DNA of 64,000 nt from the human T2T-CHM13v2.0 reference genome, Homo sapiens, in the NCBI RefSeq assembly GCF_009914755.1, contig NC_060934.1; one strand, given 5' to 3'. This document shows, one piece after another, positions 40,650 to 53,614 of this stretch. The translations under genes were made by a program, and so were the position numbers. The notes beneath the pieces are model-generated. The model was not told the origin of the DNA and searched no databases. It saw only the letters and a list, made by a program, of their open reading frames with translations. Positions within the stretch are counted from its first letter, which is position 1; the number at the start of each line of letters is the position of its first letter.

Positions 40650-41106
40650 TGTATTAATTTCCTTGGGCTGCTGTAACAAATATCCACAAATTGGGTGGCT
40701 TAAAAAATGGGAATTTGTTCTTGCACAGTGTGGAAGCCAGAAGTCTGAAATCAAGATGTCAACAGCACCCGGCCCCCTCTGAAGTCTACAGGGGAGGACC
40801 CTTCCTCACCTCTCAGCTGCTGGTGTTGCCGGCAATCCTTGACGTTCCTTGGCTTGCAGACACATCGCTGTAGTCTCTGCGTCTGCTGTCACTTGGCATT
40901 CTCCCTGTGTGTCTGTTTCTGCCTCTTTTTGTTTTCTCGTGAGGACACCAGTCGTAATGGATTAAGGACCCACCATACTCCACTATACCCTCGGCTTTAC
41001 TAATTATACTACAACAATCATATTTACAAATGAGGTCACATTCTGACACTCCAAGAAGAATGCGAATTTGGCGGGGGCTGTGGGGGAGATTATTTCACCC
41101 ACTGCA
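40650..41106 (-). mobile_element. MLT1C-type solo LTR
   Basis: tgtattaatttccttgggctgctgtaacaaa...gccagaagtctgaaatcaaga...aggacaccagtc..atggattaagg...aaatgaggtcacattctga. Confidence 0.88.
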
Positions 41107-41462
41107 GTTGAGAAGTCTCCCTGTCTGCCTTCAGGGATTGCCTGGGTGATGTCCCTTGCATGGCGTCTAGTGCTGCTGCTCTGATGGCTCTGTCCAGTAC
41201 TCCCTGCGTGGTGCCTCATCACCTATCACAGAAGGTTGTGACGAAGCATGGACGGGGTGAGGATTCCCAAGAGGGGAAGCCCAGACTTGCATTGGTAATT
41301 AAGAGAGAAGAGTCTGGAGCCCAGCTTCCCTGGAAGTCAGCAAGCACTTATTTCTTCCACCCAATCTGCAAGCCACTGTGACATCCCCAAAGATGGGAGG
41401 GTGTGGCCCTGAATCTCCTGAGGGACCCTGCATCCTTTTCTGAGAATGAGTGATCATCTTAC

Positions 41463-41989
41463 TGTGTCCAGAGTCTGTTCCTGCCATAACCCTCCCGATC
41501 TGCCTGACTTCAAGAATGGAGCCGCGGACCTTCCCCGTGAGTGTTACAGCTCTTAAACATGACACGGACCCAAAGAGTAAGCGGTAACAACTTTTATTGT
41601 GAAGAGTGAAAGAAGGAAGCTTCCACAGCGTGCAAGAGCACTAACAAGTTTGCTGCTGGTGATGGGGGCGTGGGGTGGCCAACCTTTATTCTGTTATTTG
41701 TCCCCTCCCATGTTCCGTTTCTGTCCTATCAGAGTGCCCTTTTTTCAATCCTCCCTGTGATTGGCTACTTTTAGGATCCTGCTGATTGGTGCATTTTACA
41801 AAGCGCTGATTGGTGCATTTTACAGAGCTCTGATTTGTGTGTTTTACAATCCAGCTACAGAGTGCTCGTTGGTGCGTTTTACAATTCAGCTACAGAGTGC
41901 TCATTGGTGAATTTTACAATCCTCTTTTAAGACAGAAAAGTTCTTCAAGTCCTCACTCGATCCAGAAGTCCAGCTGGCTTCACCTGTCA
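41463..41989 (-). mobile_element. LTR12 (LTR12F-like) ERV9 solo LTR
   Basis: TG...CA ends with perfect 4-bp TSD TTAC (41459-62, 41990-93); gctgattggtgcattttaca repeats; cagctggcttcacc terminus. Confidence 0.93.
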
Positions 41990-42489
41990 TTACTATGGGG
42001 CCTTGGCATTGTCCTCTGGGCCTTCCCTCATCATGTGGTCTGAACTGCCAGGAGTCTGCTGAACAGGACGCTGATCCTCCTCTGCTTTGCCAGCATTAGG
42101 GGCCTGAGTGTGTGACCTTAGGCATGGAAGTGTGACCTTGCACAGAGCACATGGGCCAGAGCAGTGTGAGTGGGCTCCAGACAGGCTCCTCTCACACCTT
42201 GGGGTCAGACATGTCCTGGGGCAACTGGCAAGCCCTAGCCTCTAAACAGACTCACACCCCATCACACTGGGCCTCTGCCAGTGGGGGGTGGGCTTGGCTA
42301 GATTTCCAGGAAGCAGAAAGAATCAACACAAAAGCAATCATACTGACAGAGACTTCTGGGGCTGGGGGTGGTAAGGGCATGGGGAGGTCAGAGCTTCATG
42401 TCCAGTTGTTTCCTAAGCACGTAAGCCCTTTAGCAGCAGGGCTGCTGGGGAGATAATGCAACAAGCTTGTCAAGTAAAACTGCACATAT

Positions 42490-43115
42490 CTTTTTGAAAG
42501 ACAGCTTTTTAAGGTATGACTCACTACGCAATTTATCCACTTACTTACTGTGCAATTCACCCACTTAAAGTGTACAATTCAGTGGGTTTTGGTATATTCA
42601 GCATTGTGCAACCATCGACACTGTCAATTTCAGAGTATTTTCATCACCTGAACCCTGCACCCCTTAGCTATAATCCCCCAAGCCCCAGCTGTAGGAAACC
42701 ACTTATCTGCTTTCTGTTTCTATAGATTTGCTGACTCCAGCCATTTCATACAAATAAAACCATGCAATATATAGGCTTTTGTGTCTGGCTTCTTTCACTT
42801 AGCCTGACAATTGTAAGGTTCATCCGTGTTGTAGGATATGTCAGTACTCTGTTCCTTTTTTTAAGAGCTGAATAATATTCCACTGGATGGACGGACCACA
42901 AATCATTTATCCATTCACCAGTTGATCTACATTTAGGTTGTTCCCACTTTTTTACTATTATGAATACTGTTGCTATTAACACTCATGTACAAGTTTTTGT
43001 GTGGACATTTTTTGTCACTTCTCTTGGGTATACACCTGGGACTGAAACTCCTGGTCATATGGCAACTGAATGTATAACTTTTTGAGGACCTTCCCAATTG
43101 TCTTCAAAAGCAGCT
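42490..43115 (-). mobile_element. L1MB-type 3' fragment
   Basis: caattcacccacttaaagtgtacaattcagtgg...tgtgtctggcttctttcacttagc...gctgaataatattccact. Confidence 0.88.
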
Positions 43116-43202
43116 TCAGTCAGGGAATGTAGGGCCACGTCTCCCTTCAACCAGGAATTCCCATGGCACTTGAGAGAAGAAGAGGGTTTATAAGGTTTAC
43201 TA

Positions 43203-44081
43203 GAGGGCCAGCAATATTAACGGGGGGAGGGAGGGGCAGGGCAAAATGAAAATGCAGACCTCTTGTTCAAAAAGCAGAAAAAGGGCCATTAAAGGAACAA
43301 AAAAAGTAAAGATTTTTCTCTTTCACGACCTCTCTCTTTTTCCCTTTATGACGTTTTCTGTTTGTTACTGAATCTCCTTCTCCCTTAGGCATGGGGACAG
43401 TCGGAGTGAGTGCAGACCCTCCCAGCTTGTTCCCACTCCCACCAGCCACAGAACTGATGCACCATGCCCCAGCCAGGCATGGGTACAGTGAGCCCCTTGT
43501 CTTCTCTCCCCGTAAGCCTGCTCCCCAACTCACAGTGGGTAGGAGACCCCAGGATGTTGCAATCTTCACAACAGGGTGCTCTAGTTCCTGGATTAGGGGG
43601 TCAGTGAGGGGCTTACACCTGCCAGGTCACCTCCTGAATGCACAATAGTGCTGCCCAGCTGGAATGTGCCACTGCCAGACCCCACCCTAAGATGCTCTGG
43701 GCCATCCACACCAGACCTCAGCCCTCCCCCATGCCCAGCCTCCCCTAGGAGCAGAGGTTGGTAGCTGTTGCTGATTGGAAGTGGGAAAGGGGTGTCTGGG
43801 AAGGATCCGAAATGCTGGGGCAGGTGACCAGATGGCCAAGAACCTCTCCTGGGAGGCAGGAAAAGGCAATGGGTAGCGGGGCTGTGTGCGAACCGAGGCT
43901 CTGTGCCTCGGTGTATGCTCTATCGTCTATCTGACTTCACTTAGGAAACACAGGTGCAAAGATCGGGAAGACCTTCCTGAGGGCACTCAGCAGTTGCAGT
44001 GCATTAAGCCCCAAATTCAGGGCCCTTCTGAGAGCAGGACCTGTGGCCTGTGCTGGTTACCCACACATAAAGCCAGTCCTG
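43203..44081 (+). mobile_element. MER45B/C-type hAT-Tip100 DNA transposon, near full length
   Basis: Start agggccagc...gcaaaatgaaaatgcagacctcttgttcaaaaagcag; end gcattaagcccc...gggcccttctgag...ataaagccagtcctg. Confidence 0.75.
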
Positions 44082-44424
44082 GTGTCCCACAAGATTTACT
44101 GGGAGACGGGCTGAAGTCCTAGCTCAGTGGTAGGGGACACACAACAACCTTCCCATGTGGAGGACGGTTGCCACCAGAGGCTCTTGCATTCTTTCATGCC
44201 AGTGAGCTGGTGGACAAGGGGTCTCTTAGTGGCCCCAGGACAAACCCCACAGACCACCCACATTGAGGAGGGATCCAAAGAGCAAGAAGGAGGTGAGATC
44301 AGGGACTCATCCCACTAGGGGTAGGAAGCCAGACAGGAAGTGATCCCAGTGCCCTGCCCTCGCTTGGGAGTCAGAGAGGAAGGAGAACAGAAAGAGAGAA
44401 TCCCTGGGTTTTCACCAAAGATGT

Positions 44425-45114
<690 letters not shown>

Positions 45115-45319
45115 TAACATGAAAGAGTGGAGTCTTAAACTGCAAGTGACTAAGTTACTTTGACTTGGTACTATTACATTTATGGATCTCAAATCCATCT
45201 GAAGATCTCTGCTCTAAGATCCATTACAGAGACTAAAACATCTCCCTTTGCTTTTATAACCAAGTTCTGTGGACTGTTGCATCTGTGACATGACACCTCC
45301 ACACGGGTGCTAGTCTGGC

Positions 45320-45500
45320 TTATGCCAGACCAGGCAGGGCCAGAGCTTCTTCACATCAGCTAACTTTCATAACAACCACACGCAGCAAGTATGACTGCCT
45401 CGCCACTTTTTGGAAGAGGAAACTAAGGCTCAGGGAGGTGGAATCCCCTGGGTGGTTATGAGGTGGACAGTTAAAATGTAGCACAGCCAGAACCAAAGCC
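45320..45500 (-). mobile_element. MIR
   Basis: ttcataacaacc...agaggaaactaaggctcagggagg. Confidence 0.6.
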
Positions 45501-45513
45501 CCCACCCTACTTG

Positions 45514-46204
45514 TGAGAGGTGAAGCCAGCTGGGCTTCTGGGTCAGGTGAGGACTTGGGGACTTTTCTATCTAGCTAAAGGATTGTAGACACACCAAACA
45601 GTGCTCTGTGTCTAGCTAAAGGTTTGTAAATGCACCAATCAGCACTCTGTTAAAACGGACCAATCAGCACTCTGTAAAATGGACCAATCAGCTCTCTGTA
45701 AAATGGACCAATCAGCAGAATGTGGGTGGGGCCAAATAAGGGAATAAAAGTGGGCCACTGTGGACGCAGCGGCCCCCAGGTCTGGTCGTCTTTCACTGTA
45801 TGGGAGCTTTGTTCTTTGGCTCTTCTCAATGAATTTTGCTGCTGCTCAGTCTTTGGGTCCTGGCTACGTTTATGAGTTGTAACACTCAGTGTGAGGGTGT
45901 GCTGCTTCATTTTTGAAGTCAGCGAGACCGTGAACCCACCGAGAGGAACGAGGAACAAACAACTGTGGGTGTGCCAGCTTTAAGAGCTGTAACACTAACT
46001 GTGAAGGTATGCGGCCTCACTCCTGAAGTCAGCTAGACCACGAACCCATGGGAAAGAAAAAACTGTGGAGACATCTAAATACCTGAAGGAACAAACTCCA
46101 GAGACGCCATCTTTTAGAGCTGTAACACTCACCGTGAGAGTCTGTGGCTTCATTCTTGAAGTCAGCAAGACCAAGAACCCACCGAAAGGAATAAATTTTG
46201 AACA
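45514..46204 (+). mobile_element. LTR12 ERV9 solo LTR
   Basis: tgagaggtgaagccagctgggcttctgggtc; CCAAT at 45635, 45660, 45684, 45708; GGGTGGGG and AATAAA at 45743; repeated agagctgtaacactcacc U5 units. Confidence 0.95.
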
Positions 46205-46633
46205 CGTGGGCTCCTATTTGTTTCTTTACTCCTAATCTTGAAGTGAATGTGTGTGCATGTTGCATGTATGTCTTTATGTAGTAAATACTTTGAAAATGCT
46301 CCCAAAGACGAAGAGGGTAAGGGTGAGAGCGAGGGGCAGCTGCAGCTAGAGGAGTCTGAAAAACGTGGTCCCAAATGCTGGCCAGCTGGTTGAAAGGATG
46401 GAGATGAGGATGGCCTGACACTCAAGAAGGGAATTACACCTTTTGTGCCTAAGATACCTGTTCTGAAATGCCCCCTACCCTGGGTCCAGGGTCTGTAAAG
46501 ACTTGGGCCCATAAAGATGTCTCTGTGACAGCAGGCAGGCTTTTCAGTGGGTAGCAAGCCACACTCCTGAAGCCCAAATTTGAGAAGCAGAAAGCAGGTA
46601 TTGGAGGGACAAAGCCCCTGCATCCAGGAAGGA

Positions 46634-46821
46634 CTCTCTTCATGCCAGATTCCATTAGGTTAGCTACTGCCCCTTCCACCCTGTGAGACATTATAGGCCT
46701 TGCATCCCAAAAGCTGGGGTTAGAGGCTGGGTATGGGATATGCTTTTTTACACACCACACACTAGGTGGCTGGAGACAGTCCCTAAAGCTCCTGAAGGGA
46801 TGGCTTGGAGACAAGCAACCT
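46634..46821 (+). repeat. Local duplicate copy C (paralog of 48520-48795)
   Basis: Shared caccctgtgaga, ttacac.ccacacact.g.tggctggag.cag and ttggagacaagca.cct; ~70-75% identity by eye. Confidence 0.8.
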
Positions 46822-46850
46822 GAATTTTAAAACAGCACACACTCTCCCAG

Positions 46851-47164
46851 TTTTTTTGTTTCATTTTGTTTTTTGTTTTTTTTTGAGACCGAGCTCCACA
46901 CTGTCATCCAGGCTGGAGTGCAGTGGTGTAATCTCGGCTCACTGCATCCTCTGCCTCCTGGGTTCAAGCGATTCTCCTGCCTCAGCCTCCTGAGTAGCTG
47001 GGATTACAGGTACGTGCCACTGCGCCCAGCTATTTTTGTATTTTTAGTGGAGATGCGGTTTAGTGGAGATGGCCAGGCTGGTCTCAAACGCTTGAGCTCA
47101 GGTTATCCACCCACTCGGCCTCTCAAAGTGCTGGGATTACAGACGTGACCCACTATGCCCGGCC
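46851..47164 (-). mobile_element. AluS
   Basis: Full dimer; approximate TSD cccagttt on both sides. Confidence 0.95.
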
Positions 47165-48109
47165 CACCCCCAGTTTCTTAAGATGATTGAGGGGTATAGG
47201 TTTTTCACGACATCTCCAGGTCTGAGCATAGTCTTCCCCTTTAATGCTTGAGAAAGGGAGTGCAATATGTGTCTTTCACATTAATTACATCTCCTAATAG
47301 AACTTTGTGGTAAAAGCACTTTTCATGCATTTTAATATTCCCTTGCACATCAGAAACGAGAAGGTCTACACTCCATACACCTAATTACTGACGAGTGCTC
47401 CATGTGTGCATAACATAGACGCTCACATGCACAAACTCCCCTGTCCTTCACGCAGGCTGTAATCATTTGCTGTCTTTGGTCTTTCACCCAGTCTTTCTTG
47501 ATTTATCTCTCCTAATAAAGTGGTTGACTTACAACCTGTGGACATTGCCGCCTTCATTGATATATATTTCCTAAATATTGTATTTCATAACCATTCAGTG
47601 CTCATGGAAATTCAAATCACTAGGAAAATTACTATGGGCACACGCTAATAACTATCTCATAACAGCTTTGATTAACACTGAAATACATCTTATTAAGGTC
47701 ATTGGATCAGACACCGAATGAATAAAACTGTGGGGATATTCATTCAGCCAAAGTAAGTTGGGGCGGTGGTTGTGGACGGTGGACGAAGGGAGTTTCTAAA
47801 GCCCAGGTGGGGCTAGGAGAAGGTCCCTCATGTAATAATGTGTGTGAAGAGCTTTGGTTTCATAAGCTGTTGTAATTCCAAATTACTTCTGATTTTCAAA
47901 CACGCACACGCAAATACACACAACCACACACACAGAGGGGTTCCCTTTCAATCATCCACTGAAAATATTTATGCTCTGGGCCTTCCCATGGGTCTACCTT
48001 CATTTTTTTCTGTTTTCCTCTTCCTGTTTCAAGCAAGGCGGAGATAACAGTGGGAATCTTCAAGCGACATCATGACGTGCTATCCATCAACTTTAGACAT
48101 GTTTTGTTT

Positions 48110-48437
48110 TTCTCCCAACATTTTTATAAACATCTCAAACACACACAAAGTTAAAAGAATAGTACAATAAACACCTGAAGGCTCTCGACCCAGATTCAAC
48201 AATTATTTACCTTCAGCCACAGTGACGTGTGCATCTGTCTGCCTGTCTGTATACTTCTTTATTTTTATTGAACCATTGCAATGTTTTGCACATCATGTCT
48301 TCACCCTTGGATACCTCAGCTCTCATTTTCTAAAAATAAGGATATCTTCCCATTATAACCACAACATCATTATCGCACCTAAGAAAATAATAACACCACA
48401 ATGTGATCTCAGATCTAGCTTATTCACAAATTTCCCT
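48110..48437 (-). mobile_element. L1MC4/5-type 3' fragment
   Basis: aagttaaaagaatagtacaataaacacc...ctaaaaataaggatatcttcc..tataaccacaacatcattatcgcacctaagaaaat. Confidence 0.75.
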
Positions 48438-48519
48438 GCGTTAGCCCCTAGACCTCCTGGGCCCGGGCCACCATAGCAAGTAAAGCAGCAAGGCTACTGT
48501 CCTTGTATGTGAACACACC

Positions 48520-48795
48520 CTCCCTTCCTGCGAAGTTCCTTCAGGTTGGCTCCTGCCCCCTTCACCCTGTGAGAGGGGGTCTTGCATTCTGAAGGTGGGG
48601 GCCCAGATGGAAGGGAAAATGAGATGCATGGAGGATGTCCTGTGTGTCCTGCCCTCCAGCCAGATGTTTAGAGCTGGGCCATGGCGCAGTTTGAGGTGGG
48701 TTACAGGACTGGTCTCTCTTCTTACACGCCACACACTGGATGGCTGGAGGCAGCCCCTGCAGCTCCTGACAGGACAGGTTGGAGACAAGCAGCCT
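48520..48795 (+). repeat. Local duplicate copy D (with ~90 extra bp at ~48601-48689)
   Basis: Manual alignment to 46634-46821. Confidence 0.8.
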
Positions 48796-48992
48796 CTGGG
48801 GCTGCACATCTTGGTCTGCCTGGCCGGCTGGGGTCTTGGACCACCCCATATGCCATTTCCATCTGAGCATGTGAGCACCTCATGGCTTGGGCCTTGGGTC
48901 TTCCTGGAGCCACCACAGGTAGAGAGAAGAGGCTACCTCCGCATTCACCAGCACCTTTCAGAGGGAGCGGAGAGAGGAGTGGGGAGATGGGC

Positions 48993-49605
48993 TGCCAAGT
49001 GCTTCATGCTCCCCTCTTGTGACAAAGCACCTCAAACTTAGTAGCATAAATCAACAGCCACTTCATTATGCTCTCGAATTGCGTGGGTCAGGAATTGGAC
49101 AGGGAACAACAGGGCTGTTTTGTCTCTGCTCCATGATCTCTGACTTCGGCTGAGAGACACAAAAAGCTGGACATGACTTGAAGGGCTGAGGGCCAGACTT
49201 CGCTGGAGGCTCTTCACTCCTAGGTCCAGCACCTGGTCTGGAATGACCACAAGCCTGGACTTAGAGTGGGATTGTCAACTGGGTAACTCAGGTAAATTTC
49301 CATGGGTCTGGACTACTCCCAGCATGGTGGCTGGTGTTCTAAAGGGAGCCTCCTGAGACAACACCCAGGAAGCCAACATCCCAAGAGAACAAGCGGGAGC
49401 CGCCTGGCCTCACTGAGCTACCTTGGGAGTCACTCACCATCACTGCTGCCACATACTGTGGGTTATAAGTGAGCCACAGAGACCAGCTCAGATTTGAGAG
49501 GAGGAGCCATAGACCCTGTCTCCCATGAGGCAGTGGGAGGTCACATTGCAGAAAAGTGTGGATGGGCAACACTGTTGTCATCTTTGGAGAATATCATCTG
49601 CGCTG
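48993..49605 (-). mobile_element. MLT1G/H-type LTR
   Basis: ctcaaacttagtagcataaatcaaca...gtgggtcaggaatt...tgtctctgctccatga...cagcatggtggctgg...catctttggagaatatcatctg. Confidence 0.8.
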
Positions 49606-50217
49606 TGCCGCGGACATTTCCAAGCCTTTCTAGACAGTGGCTGTTGACGACAGTGACTGGAAGGAGGCAGCTTTGGGTCTGCACACACCAGGAGATCAGG
49701 AATCCCAGGGGAGAGAGGCAGCCTGGCCAGAGGGGAGGAGCCCCAGCTCTAACCCTGATGGCCCACAGTCTTGTCCTTATGCTTACAGGCACTAGCTGGT
49801 TTAATTAGGCAGCAGGCCCTTAATTGTATGAGATTGAAGCTACTAGCTCTGGGCTATGCAGGCAGGAAGCCCCGGCTAGACCCTGAAACCAATCTGTCTT
49901 CCCTCACCCCACCGCCTCCTCACTGAAGGCCAGAGCTGGCCTTCAACTGTCCAAGGGCTGCTCTGCTCTGGACTCTCTCACTGGTAAGATGTGTTACCAT
50001 GGGTGCACCACTTCACCCAAATGAGCCACAATCTCTCACTAGGAAGAAGGAGGCCATGAGTCCTGCCTGTTGGGGCTCCCGGGGTGGTCGAGTAGCACCG
50101 GGCATGCTTGGGGCATATGCATAAGGAGGGCCAACACTGTGCGTTATCAAGTGTTACATGTTCATGTGTTTATCCATAACTCACAAAACATTGTCCTGCA
50201 TTTTAAATGCTCTAAGC

Positions 50218-50354
50218 ACTCAGCTACTCGAGAGGCTGAGGCTGAGGAGGATTGCTTGAGTCCAAGAGTTGGAGCCTGCAGTGAGCTATGATCATGCTAC
50301 TGCCTTCCAGCCTGGGCCACAGAGAGAGACCCTGTCTCCAAACAAAACAAAACA
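50218..50354 (+). mobile_element. AluJ right-arm fragment
   Basis: ggaggattgcttgag...gcagtgagctatgatcatgc...gagaccctgtctc. Confidence 0.88.
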
Positions 50355-50670
<316 letters not shown>

Positions 50671-51419
50671 CACCCTAGTTTGCTTTTGATTAAAACTTTT
50701 TATAAAAGAAAAGTAAATACTCTCAGCTGGGTGGCTGGTCTGCTGAAGGCCGGAGATGGTGGGCTCTCTCTTCTGTTCCAGGGGCTGGGCAGCTCAGCGG
50801 CTCAGCGATTTCCTCAAGGCAGCCATTGTTCTTCATCTATTTAGGCTCATAGGCCTTTAAGAATGTGATAAAAGCAATTAACACTCTCTCAGTCTCTCCA
50901 ATTTTAAAAAAACCTGTTGTTATAATTTTGCACATCATTTCCAGAGGTTCACACTCACCTATCTAAATCCTTCTCAGATTGTGAAAGGAAGGGGGAGGAG
51001 CTCCTCATTCTCTCCCTGCACCTGCTAATGCAGGAATGAAGAGTCCCACAAGCAGGAAGTGCTTTTCACTTGAGAAGTGAGTTTCAGTGCTAAGATAAAG
51101 ACCAGTGGGTGGAGGGGGAATGTTGCTGGTGGAAGGGGGGTGCTTTACAGGGCCAAGAGCCTGCACAGGAAACCTGGGGCCTGTGACTCTGCTGCACTAT
51201 GGGGCTGGCCTCACTTGGTGGCCTCAGACACTGAATTTCCTCAAGACATCAGCACATACAGGGCAAGAATTGAATATAGTGACCAGGGTAACCCTAAGGA
51301 TTTTTCTCTTCTAAATAGGTTTGTTTTAAAGTGATAAGAGACCTGAGTCCCTCCCTGTGGATCAACATGTGGCAGGCCACTTTGATCTAAGTCCTTGTCC
51401 TGTGTGGCTGGAACCAGCC

Positions 51420-51780
51420 TGTCATGGACAGGGTTCCTTGGGAAGCAGGCTCTGGGTCTAAGCTATGCATGCAAGAAATTTCCTGGGAAGAAATGCAGAG
51501 AAGGCATGGGCAGAGAGAGGAGGTGGGCACGGGGCACTTCCAACAGGTACCTCGGCCAGTCACAAGGGGAGCAGGCATGGCCCGGTGGAGTAGTCCCAAA
51601 TGGAGGCAGGGAGTCAGGGGAACGAGCCTTTTGCCCCTGCACTGAACCCCTGTTGAACATGGGCTGGTCAGGGATGTGGCTGTACACAGCTGGGAGAGTA
51701 GGGACTTGGCCCTGTGGGCGTCGGGGGCTATAAAACCCCTCAAATGTGGCACTCTGATCTTGGAAAGGCAACCATCTAAT
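51420..51780 (-). mobile_element. LTR33/LTR16-like ERVL LTR
   Basis: tgtcatggacagggttccttgggaagcaggctctg...atgcatgcaagaaattt; end approximate. Confidence 0.5.
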
Positions 51781-52289
51781 TCAGCCTGTTTTCAGTCCTT
51801 TTTATGACCAGATAGATGGAACTGACTTGTGACACTCTTCTAGCACTTTCTAGAACTCCTGTTGTAATGCCACTTGACCCAGGTAAGGGCACGTCCAGAA
51901 AAGAGAAAAGGCAGTGCGAGCGTCATGCCAGCCAGGGATGTCTCCTTACTCTGGACTCACTGAAAATACAGCTCAGGCCATCTGGAGTTGGGCACAGCAG
52001 GCGGAAGCAGGGTTGGACTCTCTTTGGACGACCGTTGCTCACTGGCTATGGGAAGCTCAGCCAGGGAGCTGGAGCTTACACAGGGTTCTGGCCAGCGTGG
52101 GGCCAGTGGAAGGCTGGAGGGAGAACCAAGAGAGGATCATGCCAGACCAGGCTGTTTTTGGCAGCTAAGTCCAAGAACTTGGCTTTCCAGGGTACCTGGA
52201 ACTGGCTGAGTACAAGGGATTGACTCAAAATGAACAAGCTCTTAAGATACTGATAATGATAACAGTAATAAAGATGACAACGAGAATAG

Positions 52290-52520
52290 TGACAATAGCT
52301 ACCATTTGCGGAGCTCCCTTTTGCCAGGGCCTGGGCTAAGCACTCTGCATGAATTATCCCCATTAGTCCTCCTGACAGCCCTAGGAAGCCAATACTATTT
52401 TTATCCTCATTGTACAGACAAACGTACCAAGAGAGGCTGGTTAAGTTGCCCATGTTACAAAGTTAGTAGGTAATGAACCATTATTTAAACCAGACAGTTT
52501 TTATTAGACCCTGAGGCCCT
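52290..52520 (-). mobile_element. MIR, near full length
   Basis: aatagctaccattt...gccagggc..gctaagcact...tttttatcctcattgtacagac...ggttaagttgccca. Confidence 0.8.
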
Positions 52521-52872
52521 CCCCCAGCCTTCTGTTTCTCACTAATTGGTGCCATTGGTTACCTAGTGGTTCAGGACGAATTCCCTGGCAGTCATCCTCC
52601 ATTTCTCTTCTTCTCAAACACTGTACAGCGAACTTATCAGCAAGTCCTGTCATCTTTACCTTGAAAATGTAGCCTCCCAGCTTGCCACTGTGGCAGTCAT
52701 AGTGAGCTGGGAGATGCCTCAGCGGCAGACACTTCTAACTCTGAGGGGCTAAAATGACAAATCTTATTCCTGGTTCTTGCTCTGTGTGCACTGCAGGTCC
52801 ATGGAATTGCCAGGGAGGCTCTGCTCCGTGTGTTCTTTACTCAAGGACCCACACTGACAAGAGTTTCTAGAA

Positions 52873-52939
52873 TTTATTTATTTTATTTTTTATATTTTAA
52901 CTTAATTTATTTTTAAGTTCCAGGTTGCATATGCAGGAT
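52873..52939 (-). mobile_element. Very short 5'-truncated L1PA 3' stub
   Basis: T-rich tail plus ttttaagttccaggttgcatatgcaggatg; near-TSD gagtttctagaa/gagtgcctagaa. Confidence 0.65.
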
Positions 52940-53374
52940 GAGTGCCTAGAAGTTATAAACCACCATGGTAGGGGAAAGGCAGACTGAATCATGCACTAGT
53001 TCTTAAGGTCTTCTACTCCTTGCATTTTATTGGCTGAGCTGATCACATGGCCACATGAAAACTCACAGGAGTGAGAGGAAGGGTTCCATCATGGATCAAG
53101 GGGGAGATCTAAAGATGCGGGTGAGCACTTGAATTCCTGCCACAGACACTTTAGATACAGTCTCCAGCCTCTTTTGCCCAAAGAACTTTAAAAGCCTTGA
53201 ACTGGTCTCCCTGCTTCTGCTCTTGCCTTACAATCTTTTCTCCATGTGACAGCTAAAATGATCTTCTAAAACACAAATCACATCACTTTACTCTTAGGCT
53301 TAAAACCCCCACATGGCTTCTATTCCTTTAACAATAAAAGTAAAATTCTCATCCTGGCCTACAAGGCTCCAAAA

Positions 53375-53614
53375 CAAAGGTCGGCAAACCATGGGCCTCT
53401 AGTCAAATCCAGCCCTCTAGTCAAATTCAGCCCTCTGCCTATCTTTGTCAATAAAGTTTTATTGGAACGCAGTCCCACCTATTTATTTACATATTGCCTG
53501 GAGCTGTTTTCACGCTACAACAGCAGAGATGAGTAGATATAACAGAGACTGTATGGCCACCAAACTGAAATATTCCCTACCTAGCTCTTTACAGAGACAG
53601 TTTGTAAACTCCTG
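53375..53614 (-). mobile_element. MER58A hAT-Charlie element
   Basis: ggtcggcaaacc...ataaagttttattggaacgcag...cagcagagatgagtag...aacagagactgtatggcc...tttacagagacagtttg; internal 18-bp tandem duplication cctctagtcaaat(c/t)cagc. Confidence 0.88.
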
